Shown: in pieces, positions 48,367-59,434 of the stretch | Numbering within the stretch: position 1 is the stretch's first letter | How the letters are laid out: each line of letters begins with the position of its first letter | From: Nitrospirota bacterium | GTDB lineage: Bacteria; Nitrospirota; Nitrospiria; Nitrospirales; Nitrospiraceae | Assembly (NCBI GenBank): GCA_963703955.1 | Contig: CAVPGK010000016.1 | Span: forward strand, 64,001-128,000 | Length of the DNA: 64,000 bases | Direction: 5' to 3' | The notes under the pieces: generated by a model | Databases searched by the model: none | What the model was told of the DNA's origin: nothing | The model's input: only the letters and a program-made list of their open reading frames with translations | Position numbers and translations under genes: made by a program

Positions 48367-48482
48367 GGTATCCTCCAGGCCGAACTGTATCCTCAGACGA
48401 CGGAAAAATCCAGACGATCAGCGAGGCAGGGAGGCCGTGCGACGACGGTGTCCCATTCCGACCTATTGGCAAGAGACGGACC

Positions 48483-50456
48483 ATGAGCCGTGAACAGACC
48501 CCGGTCGTTCCGGCTACGGTGACTCTTCCCGAGATCACCGTCAAGGCGGTCGCGCTGTCGATTATTCTGGCAACGATCCTCGCCGCCGCCAACGCGTATC
48601 TGGGGCTCTTCGCCGGCATGACCGTCTCCGCCTCCATCCCGGCTGCCGTCGCATCGATGGCGATTCTTCGAGCATTCCGCCGCTCAAACATTCTTGAAAA
48701 CAATATCGTTCAAACAGCGGCGTCATCCGGCGAAGCGCTTGCCGCAGGGGTCATCTTCACGATCCCGGCGCTGCTCCTTGTCGGGTATTGGTCGGCCTTC
48801 GACTATTGGGAGACCGTTGCGATCTCCGGTGTGGGAGGCCTGTTGGGCGTGCTGTTTACCATCCCCCTTCGGCGCGCATTGATCCTGAAGGCGAGCTTGC
48901 GATTTCCTGAAGGCGTCGCCACCGCAGAGGTGCTGAAGGTCGGATCCGCCATGCCGAACCAGGGAGAGCGGGAGAGCAGTCACACCAAGTCCACGGGAGA
49001 CTTTCGCACGCTGCTGTCGGCCGCTCTCCTCGGCAGCGCCGTGAAGCTCGGCGAAAGCGGATTCCGCCTGTGGGCTGATGCCTGGGAAGGCGCCACCCAG
49101 CTAGGACGCTCGGTCATGTATCTGGGCATGAATCTGTCCCCGGCGCTTCTCGCGGTCGGATTCTTGATCGGCCTGAATACGGCAGTCGTGGTGTTTCTGG
49201 GCGGAGCAGTCGGCTGGCTAATTCTCATGCCGGCCTATGGCGTATGGATGGGGCTTCCAGACAGCATGAACGAAATGGCGGCAGCGAAAGCTTTGTGGAG
49301 CGCCCACATTCGCTATGTGGGAATCGGCGCGATGCTGGTTGGGGGCCTGTGGACACTCCTGCAGCTTCGCGAGCCGATCCTTGAGAGCGTCCGCAACCTC
49401 AAAGAGACCTATGGACAGGCAGCGACTGCCGCGATGCCTTCGACGAGACCATCCCGCCTCGAGCGCGATGCTTCGTTGCCTTGGATCCTCACGCCGTTGA
49501 TCCTCTCGCTGATCCCGATGGCGCTGATCTATACGAGCGTCGTCGGCCGGTTCTGGATCGGCGCGGTCATGACGGTGGTCATGACCGTCGCCGCATTCTT
49601 GTTTTCAGCCGTCGCGGCCTACATGGCCGGGCTTGTGGGAAGCTCGAGCAATCCTGTCTCAGGGGTGACGATTGCGACCCTGATGCTCTCTGCCCTTTTG
49701 CTGGTCGTCTTCCTTGGACAGGGACATCCCGCGGGACCGGCTGCGGCGCTTGTCATCAGCGCGGTCGTGTGCTGCGCGGCCGCGATGGGCGGGGACAATA
49801 TGCAAGACCTCAAGACCGGACAGATCGTGGGTGCCACCCCGTGGAAACAACAAATCATGCAGGTCATCGGTGTTGCCACGGCTGCTGTGGTCATCGTGCC
49901 GGTGTTGACGCTGCTAGAAGCCAAGTACGGCATCGGTGACGTGACAGTCGACCATCCTCACCCGTTGAGCGCTCCTCAAGCGACGCTGATGGCGAGCCTG
50001 GCCCGCAGCGTGTTTGGCGAGGGTCTGCCTTGGCTATTGGTCGGGCTCGGCGCAGTGCTCGGCGTGCTGGTGATCCTCCTCGATCGCCGCCGGCAATCCA
50101 AAGAGGCAGCCTTTCGGGTGCCGGTCTTGGCGTTCGCGTTGGGAATCTACCTTCCCTTGAAGCTGTCCGCTGCAATTCTCGTCGGAGGCATCATTGCCGC
50201 GTGCGCCCAAAGAGCGTCATCTCGCCAGGAAGGAGCTGTCGCGCGCCGAGGGCTCTTGTTTGCCGCTGGACTTATCACTGGAGAGGCGTTGATGGGGATC
50301 ATCCTGGCATTGCCGATCGCGCTCAGCAGCATGTGGCCGTCTCTGGGAACTGATCCGCTCGCTCTGTTCCCCGAACCACCACTTGGCGCGTGGCCCGGGC
50401 TGGCGGTGGTGGTGATCGTTGCTACTCTCCTGTACCGCAGCGCTGTTGATCGTTAG
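48483..50456 (+). CDS. OPT-family oligopeptide transporter
   Basis: NAYLGL.AGMTVSASIPAAV, LENNIVQT, LRFPEG.ATAEVL, GSSSNPVSG, MQDLKTG, APQATLM. Confidence 0.93.
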   Translation: MSREQTPVVPATVTLPEITVKAVALSIILATILAAANAYLGLFAGMTVSASIPAAVASMAILRAFRRSNILENNIVQTAASSGEALAAGVIFTIPALLLVGYWSAFDYWETVAISGVGGLLGVLFTIPLRRALILKASLRFPEGVATAEVLKVGSAMPNQGERESSHTKSTGDFRTLLSAALLGSAVKLGESGFRLWADAWEGATQLGRSVMYLGMNLSPALLAVGFLIGLNTAVVVFLGGAVGWLILMPAYGVWMGLPDSMNEMAAAKALWSAHIRYVGIGAMLVGGLWTLLQLREPILESVRNLKETYGQAATAAMPSTRPSRLERDASLPWILTPLILSLIPMALIYTSVVGRFWIGAVMTVVMTVAAFLFSAVAAYMAGLVGSSSNPVSGVTIATLMLSALLLVVFLGQGHPAGPAAALVISAVVCCAAAMGGDNMQDLKTGQIVGATPWKQQIMQVIGVATAAVVIVPVLTLLEAKYGIGDVTVDHPHPLSAPQATLMASLARSVFGEGLPWLLVGLGAVLGVLVILLDRRRQSKEAAFRVPVLAFALGIYLPLKLSAAILVGGIIAACAQRASSRQEGAVARRGLLFAAGLITGEALMGIILALPIALSSMWPSLGTDPLALFPEPPLGAWPGLAVVVIVATLLYRSAVDR

Positions 50457-50936
50457 TCAGTCGGAAGGTGGTTCGAAGTGCCCCGGCGGTCGTGTTTGCC
50501 ATGGAAGCGTGGCGTGTTTCGATTGCTTCACCAGACTCCGAAGGTTGACCTCAGCCGCCCTGAGAAGCTTCGGATCGCCACTTTGGATGAGGGCGGTCAG
50601 GAGCACATAGAGGTCAGGCGCCTCTCGGTGGCCAAGCAAGATCTGCTCGATCATGGGATTAATCGCGTCACCTGGCGGGTCTGTACCATCACCATCAGGG
50701 TCAGCGCCATCAGAGTCAGCGTTAAGGAGATCCAGATGCCGCGGATCCGCATGGAGCCATGAAGGGTGGACTCCGAAAGCGGAGGCGAGTGTGGCCAGTG
50801 TGGAAACGGGGGGATCCAGCTCACCTGTCTCGATAGCCTCTAGCGACGAACCCTCCAATCCTGTTCTTGCCGCCAGCGCCGCAATCGACAGTCCGCGCGC
50901 CACCCGCCAGACTTGAATGTTCATTCCGATCGACAT
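50457..50936 (-). CDS. XRE-family helix-turn-helix regulator
   Basis: IG.NI..WR..RGLSI..LA.RTGL....L..IETG..DP.V.TL..LA.AFGV. Confidence 0.85.
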   Translation of the reverse strand: MSIGMNIQVWRVARGLSIAALAARTGLEGSSLEAIETGELDPPVSTLATLASAFGVHPSWLHADPRHLDLLNADSDGADPDGDGTDPPGDAINPMIEQILLGHREAPDLYVLLTALIQSGDPKLLRAAEVNLRSLVKQSKHATLPWQTRPPGHFEPPSD

Positions 50937-51056
50937 GGCGAGATAATACTCAATCGATGGAAGTGAGGCAACCCGAGGGCCTTAGGCCTAGGCCAGTGAC
51001 GCCTGATCTGCCCGCGCTTGACACGTTCGAACATCGCTGTGTAAGGTGACGCCCGT

Positions 51057-51132
51057 GCCGAGGTAGCTCAGTTGGCAGAGCACAGCCCTGAAAAGGCTGG
51101 TGTCGACAGTTCGATTCTGTCCCTCGGCACCA
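51057..51132 (+). tRNA. tRNA-Phe (GAA)
   Basis: 76-nt cloverleaf: GCCGAGG/CCTCGGC acceptor, anticodon arm CAGCC-CTGAAAA-GGCTG, GTTCGATT T-loop, encoded CCA. Confidence 0.97.
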
Positions 51133-51218
51133 CTGCTCACCTACGTCGTTGATTCTCCTCGATTCCTCTCCACGAGCTTCACTCTGGGGTCTTCGTTCGG
51201 TACACAATGGAGGCCCGA

Positions 51219-51931
51219 ATGAGTACACAGAATCGCCGCACAGGGTATCACTCTCGCGTCGTAGTCCCCTCGGACCTACGTGCTATCCTTGATAGGCGAG
51301 AGTTCGTCAAAAGCCTGCGAACGTCGTCCTACTCCACGGCAGTTCTTCGAGGTCGTCAGTGGGAGGGGAGGCTTGCACGATTCTTCAGTTACGTCAAGGA
51401 GAACTATCGGCACATGACCCCACAGCAGATCGAGAAGCTTGTCCAGCAGTACGTCAGGGCGAGCCTCTGGCAGGGCGAAGAAGAACGCGCATGGCGAACC
51501 GTGGGACGACGACACGAGAGACGCCATCACAGCAGGTCTCGACGACGCCTTGGACAACTCCCAATTTGACCTCGTGAACAACTCCTATGACCGGATCGCG
51601 CCGACTGCTGAAGAACTGCTCGCAGCCAACCGTGTCACGACAGTTCCTAAGGGTTCACCGGACTATCAACGTCTCTGCCGTCGGCTCCTGCAAGCTCAAC
51701 AACTCAACAAGATGTTCTCCGGACAGAGATCAAACGGTGGAACGGGGTCTATCGCGGAGATGTAACAACTGGCGATGGAGGAGGAAGAGAAGGCAACGGC
51801 AATGGCGCTGCTGCCCCTGGTCCCGATGGTGGCCCTGCTTCCTTCTTCACGCCCCCAAAAGCTCCCGAAGATGCAGAGTTGGACGTGTCCGCAGAGATGT
51901 TCATGCCGGACGGCAAGCTGCTTATTTTTAA
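51219..51931 (+). pseudogene. N-terminal part of a DUF6538-type integrase, frameshifted and truncated
   Basis: GYHSRVVVPSDLR.ILDRREFVKSLRT...A (DUF6538-like); continues across frames (KGSPDYQRLCRRLL); no catalytic domain. Confidence 0.72.
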
Positions 51932-52096
51932 TCGTGACCGGACGAATATCGAAACGAAATGGATCACCGGCATGACGTTTTCGGGAGGTACGGCGATCAA
52001 GATAGTTTGATTCAAAGGGAGACAAACAGGCGACCATCCGTCCCCCTCGATCACTTCTCATGCAGTGTACCTACAGGCTAAACAGATGATCGACGT

Positions 52097-52168
52097 TCAT
52101 TTCTTGGGTCGTAACGCGAGCATCCAATACGCCACCGTGCTGAGCCCGAAAATAAACCAGAGGTTCAT
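52097..52168 (-). CDS. Putative 23-aa hydrophobic peptide
   Basis: GGGAGG 8 nt before ATG; MNLWFIFGLSTVAYWMLALRPKK*. Confidence 0.45.
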   Translation of the reverse strand: MNLWFIFGLSTVAYWMLALRPKK

Positions 52169-52310
52169 GGCGTTGTCCTCCCGGGTCCTGATAACAACCT
52201 TGCAGCTACGCTCATCCTGGTACTGGCGGTACCGAGCCGGATATTCAGACGTGCGCTGAGTCAGCCCGCCCTTTATAATACTAGCGATACTACGTAGCCT
52301 TGGACCTACG

Positions 52311-52895
52311 CGTCAATTCGACTTTGGTTCTAACTTTATGACAGAAGTCTTACTCAGGAGTTAGTCCAATGAACCATGTACTGGCTCAACTGGGATTGGA
52401 GAATGGTGGAGTCGGGTGCGTCTCGAGGAGTCAGCGATGGTCGCTCGAACCATCGGAATGGTTGTTGAAACCCTCGAAGGGCAGCTTAGGGCGGTGCGCT
52501 TCCTGAGGTAGGTCGTGGGGCGATTCGCGAGGTGAGGATGCTTGCGGAGGAGGCGCGAGAACAGACTTGGGCGCACGTACTACACGCACTTCACTTTCTC
52601 GCCGCGTTCGCGCCGCGTGGACCGCGAGGTATGCCCAGCGTGTGCTTCGGACCTCCACGTGAACCACACCGTCGCGGCCGATCACGACACCACACCACGG
52701 CGGATAGTCGCCTCGTTTTGGTTTCTTCACTTTGTGCTCTGTCTCTTCTTGAGTTCCTTGCGGTACAACTCGCGCATCTCGTCGCTCCACACTTCGCGCT
52801 TCGTGTTTGCACGTATCAATTCCACGAGCTTCGCTTCAACAATGGAAGCGATAGCAACCGCCGTTGGAACATTCGTCAATTCGACTTTGGTTCTA
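52311..52895. repeat. Exact 22-bp direct repeat pair (52311-52332 and 52874-52895)
   Basis: cgtcaattcgactttggttcta occurs twice, 563 bp apart. Confidence 0.85.
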
Positions 52896-53057
52896 TATCG
52901 CAGCGAAGCTCGGATCGTCCCTTGGACTTCTCATTCGCGAGTCTTTATACAGTACCGTGGCTCAGATGGGAGCTAGAGAAGCATACCTTCTTCTCTCCTC
53001 GCTTTTTTGTACAGACTTAGTTAAACTTTCAACTCGTTCTTTTACGTATAGGTATGC

Positions 53058-53255
53058 CTGTCTCTCGGCGAAGCCGACACTCGCGCCAAACTGATTGATC
53101 CGGCGCTCTATACCTGTGGTTGGACAGAGGACCTGATCCGCCGTGAAGAGACGGCAGGTGCCATTGAGATCGTCGATGGTAAGCCGCGCAAACGCGGCTA
53201 TGAGGAAAGCCGCTGGGGCTCACGCTCAGTGGACCTATCTGGATTCTCCCCTTAG
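53058..53255 (+). pseudogene. hsdR: N-terminal relic of type I restriction subunit R
   Basis: SLGEADTRAKLIDPALY..GWTEDLIRREETAGAIEIVDGKPRKR, then homology ends. Confidence 0.7.
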
Positions 53256-53297
53256 AAAAAAGTAGCCTGGGCAGGCTTCTTAGCTTAATAGGAAAAC

Positions 53298-53855
53298 ATG
53301 CGAAGGCCATCGCTTGCATTGATCAAAGAGCACGATACCGAAGGCGGGATCCATCTATTTCACGATCGGGGCAAGGATGAGCAATGGAAAATCTTCTTTG
53401 AGATCAAGATCAAAAATGAAGGTAGTGCTCGCGCAGAGAACTGGAGAGTTTGGTTTACTCCTCTTGATGACACGACCTGGGTCTTATTGGATCCTGCAGT
53501 TGCTCAGCAGGAAGCATACCGAAAAGATCCGCTATCCGGCAGGTATGAGACGATATTGGATGAAAGAACGCGGGTTCGGGACTTTTGCATTGAACCTCAT
53601 GAGGTCCATCCCATTCCAGGGCGCCACGCGATCGTATTGAAGGGCAACCCGTCGTTTGTAGAGATTCAGTTCAAATTGAACGCGGACAATATGGTGACCT
53701 TGTACGGGGTGTGGCGGATCACGCTTGATTGGAAAACCCATAAGGTTCTGTGGGACGAACAAATATCTGAAGAGGAACAAAGCGATCCCACAGAGCCGGT
53801 TGGTATTATTATTCATTTATTTGGCTGGATCCTTCGGCGGATTTTGGGTGGGTAA
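53298..53855 (+). CDS. Hypothetical protein (beta-rich, C-terminal hydrophobic tail)
   Basis: 185-aa ORF with IKIKNEGSARAEN Ig-like strand pattern; family not recognised. Confidence 0.55.
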   Translation: MRRPSLALIKEHDTEGGIHLFHDRGKDEQWKIFFEIKIKNEGSARAENWRVWFTPLDDTTWVLLDPAVAQQEAYRKDPLSGRYETILDERTRVRDFCIEPHEVHPIPGRHAIVLKGNPSFVEIQFKLNADNMVTLYGVWRITLDWKTHKVLWDEQISEEEQSDPTEPVGIIIHLFGWILRRILGG

Positions 53856-54684
53856 ATATGGCTGTACGGAAAAGTCGAGATGAGCTAACCCAGAGTAGGG
53901 GCACAGGGGGGATGTCGCGGCGGCTGATTGTCGGATAGCCTTTCACATTTTTTGCCAAAATGATTTCCGGCCTTTGGGGCGTATACGTAGTCCTGGTCCT
54001 CCGTCTTGACGATGCCCATCGCAACGAGGAACGAGCGCCCGTTGCTCAGATTCCCGGATGCATCACCCGTCTTAGTTCTCTCTCATGCAGAGATGATGAG
54101 GCATTTTGCTCCATGCTTTGCATCATACCCTAGACTGCGCCTGGGTCACGGACAAGTGGGCAGTTTCGGCGGATCCTGTCCGCTCCCATCTCCACAATTC
54201 ATGGTGCGGGTATGTGATTCGCGACGAGGTATTTGATGTCGAGAGGATGCAGCTTCGGCATAGCGACAATAACCTGCTTGGCGCGTTCGATGTCGCCCAA
54301 GGCAACATCGATCTAGACATCTTCCAGCACGTCGAGTATTTGGCCGAAGAGCGTGGTAAATGGCCTGCAAGCGGGAGGACAGCAGTTGGTGGACGCGATC
54401 TTTGACGGAGCCGAGGTAGCGCGCATCATGTTGTACACGTAACGTCCCGGCCCCTTGGAATATTCATTGCCCTGAGAGGTTCGAACGGGTATCCTTACTC
54501 GCCCAAGAAGCAGGGTCTAAGGACGACCTACAGGTGAGTGACCTAAGGAGGAACGGATGACGGATCAAGCGTTGACGTTCGGCGTCCGATCCAGCTTGAG
54601 GGGAAGACCCATAACAGGTCGGGATGACCGCGGTTGAAGCCGACGTAGTCGTGGAATCGGCGGGCGCCTTCAGGAGGAGCTTCA

Positions 54685-55093
54685 ATGAAACCCTCTAAGC
54701 AGAGCATCATTGCGTCCCCAAAAAGTGATTTCGATCGATTGACTGTGGCTCGTTTTATGGAAAGGGACGTGCAATACGTGGAACCGCAGACAAAAGCTGA
54801 TCGGATCGCTTTAAGGATGATCGAAGGATTCGGCGCCATTCCTGTCGCGAACAATAAACAGCAATTGGTCGGGATTGTCAGCGAATATGATCTTCTGGCT
54901 TCGTCCAGCAAGGTCGCGCATGGAGTGAGCTGATCGCGGAAGATATGTGACCACTCTCGTCTATGTCCTTCTGGCAAGCGATCTGATCCGAGTGCCGGTT
55001 GTCGACTCAGAGAACACATTGGTCGGAATCGTCGCCCGGCGAGATATCATTCGGGCGTATCTCAATTACGACGTAGAAAAGAACTCTAAATAG
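54685..55093 (+). pseudogene. CBS-domain protein, disrupted
   Basis: AGGAGG RBS; LTVARFMERDV...GFGAIPV...LVGIVSEYDLL; after frameshift/deletion VGIVARRDIIRAYL. Confidence 0.75.
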
Positions 55094-55379
55094 GAACTCC
55101 AACAAGCACACCTGTATTCCTCGACAATCCGGTTCAGCATTGGCTGATTTGCAGGCGGAAAAGCAAGGCGCTCACTTGATCCCGAGCAGAAGAGCGTTAT
55201 CTATTCAATGAGCGGAGGCCTCGGTGAGAGGAATACTCAAGGAATCGAGGTTAAGCGCAGGGGCGGTGTGCAGGCCCACCACTGAGTGGGAAGCCTAAAG
55301 CCTCTCCATGACCTCATCATGCAAGAACGAGCTCTCTAGACACGCCTCCGCTCTTCCGTAGTTCCTTCGCATCGGAGAG

Positions 55380-55979
55380 GTGATCATGCGCGGACACTTT
55401 CCTCTGGGCAATATGATCACGCCCACACATTTTGTTCGGTTCTATGATGATGATACCGCCCTGATCGAAGAGCTTACCTATTTTTTTAAGGCGGGGTTGG
55501 TGGCAGGTCAGGCCGCTATTGTTATTGCCACGAAACCACACCGAGATGCTCTTGAACAGCGACTGACGGCTGGGGGATACGATCTAGCGGCCTACCATCG
55601 AAGGGGGCAGTATGTTCCGCTGGATGCCGCCGCGACGCTCTCGAACATTATGGTGAATGACTGGCCTAACGAGCAACGGTTTCACGAGGTGGTGGGAAAT
55701 CTCATCGCCCAGGCGGACGCCCGCCATTTGTGGGTCCGGGCCTTTGGGGAGATGGTCGCCGTGCTATGGGCTGAAGGAAAACGGGAAGCCGCCCTTCATC
55801 TCGAAAAACTCTGGAATCGCCTCAGTGAAAGGCATTCGTTCTCATTGTATTGTGCGTACCCGACAGGAGCTTTTGACACAGCGTCCGCCAACGCTGGATT
55901 CAAGGACATTTGCATGGAACACATGTATGTTCTGCTTCCTGATCGCCAACGCGATAGTGCTCGTGAGCCATCACACTGA
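55380..55979 (+). CDS. Stand-alone MEDS sensory-domain protein
   Basis: HFVRFYDDD..L, IVIATKPHR, LDAAATL, VRAFGEMVAVLW, LEKLWN, LYCAYP. Confidence 0.85.
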   Translation: MIMRGHFPLGNMITPTHFVRFYDDDTALIEELTYFFKAGLVAGQAAIVIATKPHRDALEQRLTAGGYDLAAYHRRGQYVPLDAAATLSNIMVNDWPNEQRFHEVVGNLIAQADARHLWVRAFGEMVAVLWAEGKREAALHLEKLWNRLSERHSFSLYCAYPTGAFDTASANAGFKDICMEHMYVLLPDRQRDSAREPSH

Positions 55980-56684
55980 CTCCCGCATGTTGCTGAGGAG
56001 CGGCCCTACGCAAAGGAATCCATGAGTAACAGTAGACTGAATTGGTTCCTTGGCATCGTCTTCCCGCTGTCCGATCACAGCTGTCTCACCGGGCGCCACT
56101 CGGACACTCATAGCATAGAGTTGTCCGCTGTGGGTGCCCTTATTCAGAGGACACTGCCGGACCTCCTCCCAGCGAATACAGAATTCTTTGAGCAAGCCTC
56201 AATCGGACGGGTAGTCTTGGAGAATCCGCCTTGGGGTTGGCTCCGTATAGAGAGTAGGGACGCACGATGAGAACGTACAATCAATCGGTGTCAGTGCCGC
56301 CATTTGCGCGCCTTGTACTAAGACAACCATTTCTCGCCTCTCGTTAGCCAGAATGGAGATTGGCGATGGAACAGAAAGGGCCTCTTTATTTGCAAGAACA
56401 GTCTATGCCTGAATGGGATCTTACGCTGGCCAGGACTATTTTCTATCTCACCGTAGCCCTGAGCCTCTGGTTTTATTGGTTTGCCGGCATCAATTGTCCA
56501 TGTTAGCAGACAATTGACGCTCGTCGTGACCACCATCTCCACGATTTCGGTCTTACGCGATGCCGATTGCCATGAGCCAGAGCTTTGCGATGTCGAGGAG
56601 ATCAGTGAGGAGGCGTACCTCTTACAAGAGTTGAATAATCGGTTATTAGGGGTGGGGTGAAAGGATAGGAAAGGAGTAAAGGCC

Positions 56685-56933
56685 ATGAACGTGAGAGTCT
56701 ACAGCCTGGTCGCCGCATCTATTCTCCTATCATCTCCGACGTTCGCGGCTGATCATGTACCAAGCAAGATCGAGATAGTGGTCGCTTCGTGCGTCAAAGC
56801 TGTTAAAGAGGAGCACAGCAACTTCGATGCGCATGTAGATAGTGACAACAGAGTGACGATGTTTGGCAGACAAGAGGAAATGTCCGAATTTGAAAAGTGT
56901 ATGCGCAGGCGCGGGTTCTCTTTGAATCGGTAA
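56685..56933 (+). CDS. Small exported protein with two Cys
   Basis: AAGGAG RBS; signal peptide ending TFA-A; CV..V...FDAHV...FEKCM...G. Confidence 0.7.
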   Translation: MNVRVYSLVAASILLSSPTFAADHVPSKIEIVVASCVKAVKEEHSNFDAHVDSDNRVTMFGRQEEMSEFEKCMRRRGFSLNR

Positions 56934-57244
56934 ACTGGGTTCTCGGGTGCCATAAGGTCTCCCCCACCTTTGATTGGCCAAATAAAGCATGTGGTAATAC
57001 TCATCAGCCGACTTCAGCAAGTGCCGTATTAGACGAGCCATGCAAAAATCGATATTCCTCCATCCTGACAATCGAAGTCGGAACTTCATCAGAAGTCGGT
57101 TATCTGCCCCTCGCTGATCGTGACTCGCTCCGTTTGGCCAGCGATCTGAATGTCGAACGCCCCGGGCGGCAACCCGATGACTTGATCCCCATGCCCACTG
57201 GCGATTTCTTTGCCCCCGTCCAACACTGCCATTTGGTCTGTTCC

Positions 57245-57671
57245 TTACTCCCCTTCAATTCTCCATCCTTCCCCAAACGGATTCATCGGGCTATCGGGGC
57301 GCAGTGGGTTGCCGGTACCGAGCGGATTATTGATGCTGTCAGGCGACAGCGGGTTCCCGTACCGTCCGAAGGGATTGCTGATCGAGTCGGGATCAAACTG
57401 GTTGGTGCTGAGTTTCCCGCGGTAGTTCTCTTCCTGGTCATAGAGGCGGGGCGTCTCAGTGGCGAAGGGATTGGTCGTGGAATAGGGACTGAGGGGATTG
57501 CCATATGGACCAAAGTGATTCGTAATGCTGTTCGGAGTGAGCGGGTTGCCACCGCCAAAAAGGATTCGTCGTCGAGTTGGATCCGAAGGGATTGGCACTC
57601 AGATCACCGAGGTATTCCGCTTGAGTGATCGGCGGAACGAGAAGTAGGATGAGAACGAGGACTGCGTTCAT
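57245..57671 (-). CDS. Exported protein with S-x2-N-P-F-G-x-Y-G-N-P-x-S-P repeats (frameshift near 57555)
   Basis: GGAGGT RBS; signal peptide MNAVLVLILLL...AEYLG.LSANPF; continues in ORF 57245-57598 with repeated NPFG/GNPLSP units. Confidence 0.75.
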
Positions 57672-57854
57672 AGAACACCTCCAGCCGAAGCTGAGGACTA
57701 GGGTAATGTACTATACCCAGAAGGAAGGGTTCTACGGCTATAGGATGGCTGCTCGCTGTCTATATCCTGGAGTGGATTTGATCTGGCGGGACCGGCCTTC
57801 CAGGCGTCCCGATCATCGGATCCTGAACGGCACTCCGTAGACGTCAGAGATCCT

Positions 57855-58607
57855 TCAGGAATTGGAGCGGAAGGGGATCCTGCCGAAAGGGAAATGATTA
57901 CGCTTGCGGCTTGTGAACGTGTTTGAACCTTCCCGTTTGCCGAAGGCCCTTCGCCAAGCGAAAACCATTCCATAGAGCAGTAAGCCGCTACTAACTAGAA
58001 GAAGGGTCGCTGGCTCTGGTATCGGAGCGAACTCCAGGTTGAAACTATTGAGCTGACCGATGCCACCGCCGAAAGTGACAAAGGCGGCAGTCGCGAAGCC
58101 GCCACCTTCCAGGGTCAACTCCCCAAACGGCCCAATGACGTTGCCGCTGAAGGTGAAGTCCCCGAAGTTGGTTGGGAACGGCGGCAAACCAGACCCCGCT
58201 TCCAGGCTAGGGAAGGAGGCAGCAAAGCGGAAGGTGCCGGAGTAAATGGCCGAAGAGGGCGGTCCTGGGGGAAAAGGTTGTTGGTAGGTCACACCTTGAT
58301 AGGTCAACTGATCGGGCACTACAAAGGGAATGCAACATCGGATCGAGGAGAAGTTGACCGTCGTGGCTAAGGTAAATGGCTGCCCGATGGGGCCATTGAG
58401 GACGCTGGGGCGTGACAGTTCCCCCGTGGGAGCGGCCCCTGACAAATGAAAATCTGGGCCGAACAAACTAAAGCGGGGCTCCATATCGAGTCGTACTGAG
58501 GTACCAATAAAGCCTGATTCAATGGTGATGCTAGTCGCGAGGGCATCATCCTGCATTCCTAACACGCTGAGGATGCCCACTATCAACAGTCGCCCTGAGG
58601 TAGACAT
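57855..58607 (-). CDS. PEP-CTERM sorting-domain surface protein
   Basis: GGGAGG RBS; signal peptide; C-terminal PIPEPATLLLVSSGL...WRR. Confidence 0.85.
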   Translation of the reverse strand: MSTSGRLLIVGILSVLGMQDDALATSITIESGFIGTSVRLDMEPRFSLFGPDFHLSGAAPTGELSRPSVLNGPIGQPFTLATTVNFSSIRCCIPFVVPDQLTYQGVTYQQPFPPGPPSSAIYSGTFRFAASFPSLEAGSGLPPFPTNFGDFTFSGNVIGPFGELTLEGGGFATAAFVTFGGGIGQLNSFNLEFAPIPEPATLLLVSSGLLLYGMVFAWRRAFGKREGSNTFTSRKRNHFPFGRIPFRSNS

Positions 58608-59434
58608 GCTAGGCCTCCCGTGTCTTGTGGTGGCACACTACCTATCTCATCACTTCGGTACTGCCAACGGGTTTTACTTGGTCATTTAAATATTGCAAGT
58701 AAATACTGCAAGATCCAAACCAACGAGCATTCAGTGCGGCTGGTCGTCAGGAGGAGAAGAGTACTAATCAGGTACCCGAAGGTCTTGCTGTGACCCCTAA
58801 CGGGTTCTATGCGTGATGTCGTCGGCCGCTGAGCGCTGCGCGCAATGGAACCATTGGGTGGTGGCGCACATTCGTGACGACCCTTCAGAGCGACTGGGAC
58901 GTCCGCGCCCGCAGGATGATGGGGCGGTCCCGCACGGGGCGGCGAGATAGTTGTAAAGGGGGTTCCGTACCCCATGTCGGGGGGACGCCACCCCCACCTG
59001 CAATGGCCGAATATCGGCGAGCGGAGTCAGCGGCCCTGGTCCGTGATAACTCTGTTATAGACAACACACAGCGTGGATTAGCGAGGAGTTACGTATGTAT
59101 TAAGTATGTATCTCATAGTCGGGACGGCCAAACGCAGGTGTTCTGCTCTCCGGTACTTACATGTTATTGCAGCAACGAGACTGGGCAGGGTTTCTTTCTC
59201 CCGTCACAAAAATACAGTGCCTTGCATAACTATGAGAGCCTGGAACTCTCATTACCGGCCGATGTTACGTATGTTTGTCAACTTGTGCGAAACGTACTAG
59301 AAACCAATAATGTCTCCTAATTATTCAGGCGATGTGGCGCGGAATCATCCGGCTCGAACGTCTGCGATAGAACCGGAGACGGACGGGAAGCCACTGGCAC
59401 GTGACCATCGGGCCGGCTCGGTGGGATCATTGCC

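Noticed and set aside
54006..54460. Short overlapping ORFs as real genes
   Set aside because: No family motifs or convincing RBS; probably degraded sequence.
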